A DNA stretch of 11,731 nt from a virus. Lineage: Duplodnaviria; Heunggongvirae; Uroviricota; Caudoviricetes. Position 1 is the first letter of the stretch, and each line of letters starts with the position of its first letter. The position numbers were made by a program, and so were the translations under genes. This document shows positions 1 to 5,810 of the stretch, one piece after another. Below the pieces are notes generated by a model. The model ran no database searches. It was not told where the DNA came from and saw only the letters and a program-made list of their open reading frames with translations. The stretch is from the IMG/VR virus record IMGVR_UViG_2690316156_000010; one strand, given 5' to 3'.

Positions 1-486
1 ATGGGTGGCGCGGTAAACCAGACTACGATCAATAATGGAGTGCTACAGGTTTATGGCGCGGCGACTGATCCCACGATTAAAGGAGGGCGCGGTGATGCGG
101 CATTTACGTTGGGCAATGCCGGAAGCGTTGTTGATATCAGTACGTATGAATATACCTTGCTGGATAATGGCAACCATAGCTGGAGTCTCGCAGAGAATCG
201 CGTACAAATGCCCCCTTCAACCACGGATGTGCTGAATATGGCGGCAGCACAACCGCTGGTATTTGATGCAGAACTGGACACCGTGCGTGGGCGTCTTGGT
301 AGCGTAAAAGGCGTTAATTACGATACGGCGATGTGGAGTTCGGTAATTAACAGCCGCAACAACGTGAACACTGATGCGGGAGCTGGCTTTGAGCAAACAT
401 TGACGGGCCTGACGCTCGGTATCGACAGCCGTTTCTCCCGTGAAGAAAGCAGCACAACTCAGGCGGGTGTGGTCTGGACGTTCTGA
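1..486 (+). pseudogene. Autotransporter (AIDA-I/Ag43-type) C-terminal remnant; ORF enters from beyond the window start and appears internally deleted
   Basis: Translation shows the passenger/linker-to-barrel junction (…AAAQPLVFDAELDTVRGRLGSV…MWSSVINSRNN…GLTLGIDSRF) then jumps to a barrel-end-like …VVWTF and stops, with the ~250 aa beta-barrel body missing. The Met at position 1 is probably internal. Confidence 0.4.
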
Positions 487-498
487 TAACAGAAAATA

Positions 499-530
499 AA
501 CAGGCCGTGATGTGTCGCGGTCTGTTTATC
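499..530 (+). terminator. Rho-independent terminator after the autotransporter remnant
   Basis: Hairpin AACAGGCCG (499-507) / CGGTCTGTT (518-526), one G-U pair, followed by TTTAT. Confidence 0.45.
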
Positions 531-552
531 GAATTAAATGCAGATATAAAAA

Positions 553-579
553 AACCAACCGCAATAGGTTGGTTTTCTT
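553..579. terminator. Hairpin with flanking A and T runs (possible bidirectional terminator)
   Basis: AACCAACC (553-560), loop gcaatag, GGTTGGTT (568-575), then TTTTCTT; A-run immediately upstream. Confidence 0.4.
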
Positions 580-784
580 GGGATTCACGAGAGTAGTTTA
601 ATTTAGCGTGTAACCGCATGATTTTAATAAATATTATTGATTCAACTTTTAAACCGTATAACCAAACGTATAACTAAAATAATTTGCTGAAAAAATGCAC
701 AATTTAAACGGCGATTGCCCTAGCGACTTCCATGATTCTACCTGGATTTTTTTCGCTCATTCGTTTTTAAGCTGGTGGATGTTC

Positions 785-810
785 CCCGATATGGTGATCA
801 CCATATCGGG
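785..810. repeat. 26-bp perfect palindrome
   Basis: CCCGATATGGTGA|TCACCATATCGGG is exactly self-complementary. Confidence 0.5.
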
Positions 811-1242
811 ATTTACGCCAGGTTAATGTTAACCTCTGCCCTGTTAACATTTTTACCAAAAAGGTAGTTAACATTTTTTGCTCGCAACCAGATGAATCAT
901 AAAGACAAAATCAACAACAACGCTTCATCAGGCAGTTAACATGTTAACTACTACGAAACGGTAATTTTTTCTCTGCGTGAGAGGGGGCGCGGTGTCCAGC
1001 TTATTCGTTGTTCGTGGCTAACCACTCCCCCCCCCATGCCGGATTTTTTTTCCGGTTAACTGTTAATCAGGCTGGTGGGTTTTACCTGTTCTGTAGGAGT
1101 GGTCATTATGACCATCCCTTATATCGTCCGAATGCCGGACGAAGGCACACATCAACCGTAACGAAAATCGTTATGGTTGCCTTGATGGTCTGCGTGGTCA
1201 TTATGACCATTCAGCCAATGACCTTAATCAGAATTTTTCGCT

Positions 1243-1265
1243 AAAAAATGACGTTGACCACGTCA
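1243..1265 (-). terminator. Candidate rho-independent terminator downstream of the 93-aa ORF
   Basis: Stem TGACGT (1249-1254) / ACGTCA (1260-1265), 5-nt loop; A6 on plus strand upstream gives a U6 tail on the minus transcript. Confidence 0.4.
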
Positions 1266-1336
1266 TCCGGAAAGCACAAAATCACGTCGATTTTTAATGG
1301 ATGGTTAAACCGTCTTTATCTCGATGTCCGTACGTA

Positions 1337-1618
1337 TTACGTACGCAGTCGTTCCGGCTTCTTCCAGTGGTACGTTATTTTCTCCTTCTCCCGATACATC
1401 TCCACGCGGCGACGGTAGGCCAGCAACTCAAGAACTCTGGTTCGTATGTTGCGCATATCCACGCCATTAAGTTCTATACCATCACGGCGCATCACCTCAG
1501 CAACAACACGCACATAATTTTCAGCGGTCACGCTGTCCGGCTGTGTGGCCTGTTCGTCATGCTGCTGGCTGATTCCGGTAACGCGGCGGATTAATCCCAG
1601 TAGTTCGGCTTCTGTCAT
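1337..1618 (-). CDS. Hypothetical protein, 93 aa
   Basis: ATG at 1618-1616 with a G-rich SD about 5 nt upstream; balanced charged/helical composition (MTEAELLGLIRRVTG…). The overlapping plus-strand ORF 1301-1594 is H/L-rich and less protein-like. It sits beyond the cosB side of the cos region, where a phage would carry terS. Confidence 0.45.
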   Translation of the reverse strand: MTEAELLGLIRRVTGISQQHDEQATQPDSVTAENYVRVVAEVMRRDGIELNGVDMRNIRTRVLELLAYRRRVEMYREKEKITYHWKKPERLRT

Positions 1619-1649
1619 TGTGCCCCCATCGCTCTGATAGTCTGGTGTC

Positions 1650-1716
1650 GTCGGGTCCTTCCTGGAATTATGGCCCGTTACGGGGCGGCGACCTCGCGGT
1701 TTTTCGCTATTTATGA
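1650..1716 (+). other. Lambda-type cos site, copy 1 (cosQ-like + cosN + truncated cosB)
   Basis: Reads CGGGTCCTTCCTGG…CCCGTTACG|GGGCGGCGACCT|CGCGGTTTTTCGCTATTTATGA. The 12-nt cohesive-end sequence GGGCGGCGACCT is at 1683-1694 and the flanks match the lambda cos junction as I recall it. No R-type repeats follow. Confidence 0.7.
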
Positions 1717-2052
1717 GATTTTTTGAGGGGGTGGTTGTTGTTTAATTGTTTGGTATATCTAATTGATAAGTAAGGTAAAAATAAAATAAATACAACAACC
1801 TTACGATGTATTTTGATGTCATTAATGTGAAAAAATTCAATGATATCAAATGGTTTTGTAAAAACACATGGTTGTTGTATCGCGTATTTGATGGCGTAAC
1901 AGAAAGTGATTTTTAACTTTACCGCTCTGTAACTACGGATTATTCCATGCTGGCACGGAGAACGGCTACGGCATGACGCCACCCAGCCTATACAGAACAG
2001 TAAAGCCGATAAATTGTTAATCACGCGCAGCAATGCGTGTGATTTTTGCACA

Positions 2053-2250
2053 CTTCCGGTTAACGGGTACGATGTCCGGTTTTAGTGTCTGTTTTTTGCG
2101 CATGTCCGGTTCATAGAAAGCATGTTTTTATATTTTTCATATGGTTAACTTGCAGAGAAACCGGACATGGATCCCGGAAAATTTTCATAAATAGTGAAAA
2201 CGCGCGAGGTCGCCGCCCCGTAACGGGTCCATATGCCGGAAAGGACCCGT
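2053..2250 (-). other. Lambda-type cos site, copy 2 (cosQ-like + cosN + full cosB-like region), inverted relative to copy 1
   Basis: Reverse complement of 2171-2260 reads ACGGGTCCTTTCCGGCATATGGACCCGTTACG|GGGCGGCGACCT|CGCGCGTTTTCACTATTTATGAAAATTTTCCGG. cosN is at 2207-2218 (AGGTCGCCGCCC on plus). Three copies of ATGTCCGGTT follow at 2159-2168 (inverted), 2102-2111 and 2072-2081, with an AT-rich stretch between the first two, as in an R3-I1-R2-R1 cosB. Confidence 0.8.
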
Positions 2251-2274
2251 AAAAAAAAGCCGGATTTCTCCGGC
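2251..2274 (-). terminator. Rho-independent terminator of the capsid operon
   Basis: GCCGGA (2259-2264), loop TTTC, TCCGGC (2269-2274); A8 on plus (2251-2258) gives a U8 tail on the minus transcript, 7 nt past the stop of the 137-aa ORF. Confidence 0.6.
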
Positions 2275-2280
2275 CTTGTC

Positions 2281-2694
2281 TCAGATGGTTTTCAGTATGT
2301 GATCGATGTCGCCGTCATCGCCCTGGTTTCTGCCATCGTATGCCATGCCAGCTGATACGGCTTGCGGGCTGTGCATGTCCATAAAGTTTTCAAAGGCTGC
2401 GGTAAGCTCTGGTGCAACCTTTGGGCGCTCCTGCTCTATGGTCATGTTCAGGATTTCACGAGCATTATCGACGCTAATACATGGCACGTTTGCCATTGCA
2501 CGTAACAGCGGCTGATAGTCGTTATGTTCATGAAGCGCCATAATCGCATCAGCGCGCGGCTTGTCCTGTTCTTCCAGTTTGTTGAGTTGATATACGGCCT
2601 CGTAGGTTGATAACCCTCTGTCAGCCATTGCCCGCGCTTCGGCTTTAAATTTACTCGCCAGCGGTAGCGCCATGATGCTTTCATTCGTTGCCAT
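2281..2694 (-). CDS. Hypothetical protein, 137 aa, last gene of the capsid operon (positionally like lambda gpFI; unverified)
   Basis: ATG at 2694-2692 with SD AGGGGGAA about 4 nt upstream, 12 nt after the gpD-like stop; acidic C-terminus. No motif-level similarity to lambda FI that I can confirm. Confidence 0.55.
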   Translation of the reverse strand: MATNESIMALPLASKFKAEARAMADRGLSTYEAVYQLNKLEEQDKPRADAIMALHEHNDYQPLLRAMANVPCISVDNAREILNMTIEQERPKVAPELTAAFENFMDMHSPQAVSAGMAYDGRNQGDDGDIDHILKTI

Positions 2695-2706
2695 CGTTCC
2701 CCCTGC

Positions 2707-3042
2707 TTATCGGGCCAGCGGCTGAACGGATACGCCAGAACCCGCAAAGGCGGCGCATTTTTTCGCATCGGTGTCGACGCTCTCAGGCCAGTTAACGGCG
2801 GCGATATTGAATATCCCCGTCTTATAGCACTGTGCTGATTTCTGCGTCGACGTGTCAACGGGGTACGAGGTCAGATAAACAGCCTTGCCAGATTCCTGAC
2901 CATCCCACGGCTTAAACTCGCCATTGTCCGCCAGCATCAGCGGGGTAAATTCCTGAATAACGCCAGCATCAGCGGCAAAATGTACCAGCGTCGTTGATAC
3001 CTGCTGACTGCCTGCAAATAACTCAATGTATGGAGTGTTCAT
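2707..3042 (-). CDS. Head decoration protein, lambda gpD-like (111 aa)
   Basis: Motifs TPLMLAD, KPWDG, WPE, KK.AAFAG align with lambda gpD as recalled; size matches (lambda gpD is 110 aa). I place the start at ATG 3042-3040 with SD GGTGGA; the track's start at 3051 is a GTG inside that SD. Confidence 0.75.
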   Translation of the reverse strand: MNTPYIELFAGSQQVSTTLVHFAADAGVIQEFTPLMLADNGEFKPWDGQESGKAVYLTSYPVDTSTQKSAQCYKTGIFNIAAVNWPESVDTDAKKCAAFAGSGVSVQPLAR

Positions 3043-3053
3043 AGAATCCACCG

Positions 3054-4109
3054 TTAACCAATTTTGACGGTAACAAATTTGCGAATATCTGCCGGAACAG
3101 GCTGCGGTGCGCTGTGTGTCTGCACGTACTCAATCGCCGGATCGCCGTCTTCAATCCAGTTTTTCGGGTAAAACATGTTTTGCGTTGCGCCCGTTCTTAC
3201 CGCTTCCTGTTCCATAATCGCACCATAGGCCACCAGCCCTTTATTGTTGGTGTTGCCCAGGACCAGCAAATCAGGCTCAAGGAAATATTTTTCTGTGCCG
3301 TCGCTGTCAGTGTATTTGCCGGAATAGACGATAAGGGCCAGATCACCAAGATAGCCTTTAAAGCTCACCACTTCTCCCAGGTTTTTACATGCCAGCTCTG
3401 CGGCGGATTCTGAACCACGGGAGAGATCGTACAGTTCACGGAATTTTTTAAAGCTGCGTAACATGCGCCATACATCAACGCCCATAATCATGACGTTTGC
3501 GGGGCAACCTGCCTGATCTGCGTATAGCTCAATGTCATAGATTGGGTCGTGTATGTCTTTGTCCTGCTCTGACCATTTTTTACCGTCGGCCTGCTCTATG
3601 ATGTTTTTTTCCGGTATCTTCCAGTCGATTTCATAGCGCTCTATGCCTTCGCCCTCAATGATGTTTTTTCCGGTCGTTACCGCATTTACCGCCAGCCATT
3701 CCACGCGCGCTTTAATGGCGTTTATCTGGCGGCGCATGTTGCCAGTAATCAGGCGCATACGGCGGTAGGTAGGGTCGTTAAGCTGTGCTGGATCTTCTCC
3801 AGCCATGCGCATTATTGTTTTTAATGGATCGATTTCGTGTTTTGGCTTCATGTAGCCAGGGCGAATAATGCTTGTTTCGTACCCTTTATCGCGCTGAACC
3901 TGGCTACCCACCATAGGCGAACAAAACGCCGACATAGTGACTTCTTCAATATCCAGGTTATCTAACATGATGTCCTGTGTGTTGAATGTCGCCACGTTCG
4001 GGAAAAACAGCGCGGTAAACAGCGGACTGAATTTAAATTCCGCAATATCCTCGCGATTCAGGTACGCAAAAAGCTGGTTAGTGTTAAGTGATATTGCTTT
4101 TACTGTCAT
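3054..4109 (-). CDS. Major capsid protein, lambda gpE family (351 aa)
   Basis: Shared blocks with lambda gpE from memory: FKFSPLFTALFFP vs FKFDPLFLRLFFR; PGYMKPKHEIDP vs PGYVKPKHEVNP; EDPAQLNDPTYRRMRLI vs DEDPQNLADPAYRRRRII; YPKNWIEDGDPAIEYVQTHSAP vs YPKNWVTTGDPAREFTMIQSAP. ATG at 4109-4107 with SD GGGGGTGA; length close to lambda gpE (341 aa). Confidence 0.9.
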   Translation of the reverse strand: MTVKAISLNTNQLFAYLNREDIAEFKFSPLFTALFFPNVATFNTQDIMLDNLDIEEVTMSAFCSPMVGSQVQRDKGYETSIIRPGYMKPKHEIDPLKTIMRMAGEDPAQLNDPTYRRMRLITGNMRRQINAIKARVEWLAVNAVTTGKNIIEGEGIERYEIDWKIPEKNIIEQADGKKWSEQDKDIHDPIYDIELYADQAGCPANVMIMGVDVWRMLRSFKKFRELYDLSRGSESAAELACKNLGEVVSFKGYLGDLALIVYSGKYTDSDGTEKYFLEPDLLVLGNTNNKGLVAYGAIMEQEAVRTGATQNMFYPKNWIEDGDPAIEYVQTHSAPQPVPADIRKFVTVKIG

Positions 4110-4315
4110 TATTCACCCCCGTGAACCTGATTCATACCCAGCGCCGCGCGTAAATAGGCGCGTACCTGCCAGCCTGTTGACGGCTCAACCATCGCCAGCG
4201 GATCAAGTCCTGCCGCAATGCCTGCTTTTACGTTCTGCTGGTGGCGTTCCTTGAGCGCCTTCACGATGTCGGGGCTTATGTACACCGAAACACCGCCTTT
4301 TTTCTCTTCAGCCAT
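4109..4315 (-). CDS. Hypothetical protein, 68 aa, first gene of the capsid operon
   Basis: ATG at 4315-4313 with SD AGAGGAA about 9 nt upstream; its TAA overlaps the capsid ATG (TAATG), indicating translational coupling. No recognisable family. Confidence 0.5.
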   Translation of the reverse strand: MAEEKKGGVSVYISPDIVKALKERHQQNVKAGIAAGLDPLAMVEPSTGWQVRAYLRAALGMNQVHGGE

Positions 4316-4350
4316 AGTAAGAAATTCCTCTTTGACTTAAAAAATCATAA

Positions 4351-4399
4351 CTGGATGTTCATCCAGATCTGATTATAATCATGATTGCATTTTATGCAA
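4351..4399 (-). promoter_or_regulatory. Sigma70-like promoter of the capsid operon with palindromic operator candidates
   Basis: On the minus strand TTGCAT (plus 4394-4399), 16-nt spacer, TATAAT (plus 4372-4377). The -35 lies inside the palindrome TTGCATTTTATGCAA (4385-4399); the predicted start region overlaps the palindrome CTGGATGTTCATCCAG (4351-4366). Confidence 0.5.
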
Positions 4400-4480
4400 T
4401 GATGTTGAGTTGTGTTGCAAATTATGAAATGATGATCCCGATCATGTGTGTCAGTGCGCCAAAAAAAACCTCATATGCAA

Positions 4481-4521
4481 AAGCCCGATAAGATGCCTCC
4501 TGTACTTATCGGGCTTTTTTT
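4481..4521. terminator. Long hairpin flanked by A and T runs (bidirectional terminator candidate)
   Basis: AAGCCCGATAAG (4481-4492), 12-nt loop, CTTATCGGGCTT (4505-4516); T7 downstream and A8 upstream on the plus strand. Confidence 0.5.
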
Positions 4522-4526
4522 GGGTA

Positions 4527-4550
4527 CAAAAAAGCCGGATTACTCCGGCT
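4527..4550 (-). terminator. Rho-independent terminator of the replication/accessory operon
   Basis: AGCCGGA (4533-4539), loop TTAC, TCCGGCT (4544-4550); A-run on plus gives a U6 tail on the minus transcript, 6 nt after the stop at 4556. Confidence 0.6.
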
Positions 4551-4555
4551 GTTGA

Positions 4556-4828
4556 TTAGCTGCCTGGGTAATTACGCCATATTTCATCGCTTACACCATC
4601 TATACCCATTTCAGCATAAGTGCGATCGACTGCCTTTCTCAGGTCTCCGAAGTTATCCGGCGGCTCCGGTGGCCTCTGTGCCTTCCTGGAACATTCCAGC
4701 CGTCGCATCGTAACCTGATGCCGTTCCTTGTCTGTCTCCACCAGCTGCATGACTTCACCCCATCGTGCCGCCGCCCTCCGGTAAAAGCCTTTTGCCTCGA
4801 GTTCCTCCGCTATGCGGTCATGTACCAT
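4556..4828 (-). CDS. Small regulator, possibly PerC/Pch family (90 aa; track shows a longer 130-aa form from 4948 that overlaps ssb)
   Basis: ATG at 4828-4826 sits 11 nt after the ssb stop with SD GAGGGGGTGAGG. AEELEAKGFYRRAAARWGEVMQL resembles the PerC/Pch signature as I remember it (…LE..G.WRRAA.RW…); the family call is tentative. Confidence 0.45.
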   Translation of the reverse strand: MVHDRIAEELEAKGFYRRAAARWGEVMQLVETDKERHQVTMRRLECSRKAQRPPEPPDNFGDLRKAVDRTYAEMGIDGVSDEIWRNYPGS

Positions 4829-4838
4829 CCTCACCCCC

Positions 4839-5249
4839 TCAGAACGGAATATCATCACCGTAAGGGTCATCGCCTCCCGCTGGTGGCTGATTACCCTGTG
4901 TGCCTGTGGTTTTGCGTCTGTTCCCGCCAGGACGTGCCGCACGGGCACTGATTACGCTGTCTGCAATAACCTGATAACCCTGCCGCGTTTCCCCGTTCTG
5001 TCCGGTCCACTGGCTGACCTGCATCGTGCCGGATACGCTGGCAACGTCGCCTTTTTGATGTTTAGCCAGGAAGTCGGCCTGCTTACCAAATGCCATCACC
5101 GATAGCCATAACGTAGCCTGCCCATCCTGCGCCTGACTACATGGCAACGATACCGCCATACGTGCCAGCGTCATTGGTGTGCCCTTGCTGGTCTGTTTTA
5201 CCTGCGGGTCGTCCACCAGCCGCCCGTAAGCCGCTATCTGTGCTGTCAT
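4839..5249 (-). CDS. ssb: Single-stranded DNA-binding protein, short phage/plasmid-type (136 aa)
   Basis: OB-fold-like N-terminal region, Gly/Pro/Gln-rich linker, and the characteristic acidic C-terminal tail …DDPYGDDIPF. ATG at 5249-5247 overlaps the upstream stop (ATGA). Confidence 0.85.
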   Translation of the reverse strand: MTAQIAAYGRLVDDPQVKQTSKGTPMTLARMAVSLPCSQAQDGQATLWLSVMAFGKQADFLAKHQKGDVASVSGTMQVSQWTGQNGETRQGYQVIADSVISARAARPGGNRRKTTGTQGNQPPAGGDDPYGDDIPF

Positions 5250-5524
5250 GCTGTCTGCTCTCCGGTTTTAACGTTGATGGTTGTTACCTGTTCCGCTTCT
5301 GCAATCTCCCGCTCTGTCAGCGTGGCAAAGTTTGCCGCCGCCGTGGTCATGAATGCGCTTATTAGTTCGGGATGTGCTTTCGAGTATCCTTCTCCCGCTG
5401 TGATGTCTATCACCTTTATAGCCACCTTTAAGGCGTGCTCTGTCATCTCCAGCGCTTTATATCTTGGTGCTGTTCTGTCTTTGCGTTTTTTGAGTGATTT
5501 GTTAAATCTTCCTGATGTGTGCAT
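5246..5524 (-). CDS. Hypothetical protein, 92 aa, basic N-terminus
   Basis: ATG at 5524-5522 directly downstream of the iteron region; stop overlaps the ssb start, so it is co-translated with ssb. No family recognised. Confidence 0.45.
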   Translation of the reverse strand: MHTSGRFNKSLKKRKDRTAPRYKALEMTEHALKVAIKVIDITAGEGYSKAHPELISAFMTTAAANFATLTEREIAEAEQVTTINVKTGEQTA

Positions 5525-5572
5525 TTTTATTTTTACTCTCGTGTTTAAAAAGTTTTAGGTTGTGGTGCACCT

Positions 5573-5797
5573 CCTCTACCTCTCTACCTAATCATCTTTC
5601 ATGTCAGTAATGGCGCGGCTTTCAGATGGGTAGAGGGCTTTCGTGGCCCTCTACCCATCCTCTACCCGCCCCTCACAAACGATCTTAATCATGGTAGAAG
5701 AGGTAGAGAGGTTTTATTAGCCTTCTACCTAGCCCTCTACCCACTTATCATGTTGAATAATATGCGTTTATTTCATTCAGGTGGATGGGGTAGAGGA
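5573..5797. repeat. Iteron array, putative replication origin
   Basis: About ten copies of CTCTACC / GGTAGAG in both orientations (for example 5573-5580, 5582-5588, 5628-5637, 5648-5657, 5659-5667, 5693-5711, 5721-5730, 5733-5742, 5787-5797), with AT-rich stretches at 5745-5780 and 5800-5820, immediately 3' of the primase gene. Confidence 0.65.
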
Positions 5798-5810
5798 CTT
5801 TTACAAAAAA

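Noticed and set aside
487-1340. tRNA gene or attR core at the integrase-distal end
   Set aside because: No cloverleaf-compatible sequence or tRNA 3'-end motif (GGTTCGA.TCC…CCA) found on either strand; without the attL/tRNA sequence outside the window the core repeat cannot be identified.
1301-1594. 97-aa plus-strand ORF overlapping the 93-aa minus ORF
   Set aside because: His/Leu-rich with no ribosome-binding site; the minus-strand frame is more protein-like.
1337-1618. Small terminase (Nu1/TerS) identity for the 93-aa ORF
   Set aside because: No winged-helix N-terminal motif or similarity to the lambda Nu1 sequence as recalled; left as hypothetical with only a positional argument.
1707-2051. 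114-aa minus-strand ORF in the spacer between the cos copies
   Set aside because: AT-rich, low-complexity translation with no ribosome-binding site; the interval is better explained as cosB and spacer DNA.
2448-2858. 136-aa minus-strand ORF overlapping the gpD-like and 137-aa genes in another frame
   Set aside because: Arg/Trp-rich alternative frame of two well-supported genes.
4351-4366. LexA (SOS) box
   Set aside because: Spacing is CTG-N10-CAG, but the sequence is CTGG…CCAG rather than CTGT…ACAG and the centre is not AT-rich; kept only as a testable possibility.
5573-5797. Possible CRISPR array
   Set aside because: Repeats are only 7-8 bp, irregularly spaced, in both orientations and without spacers of uniform length; they fit replication iterons instead.
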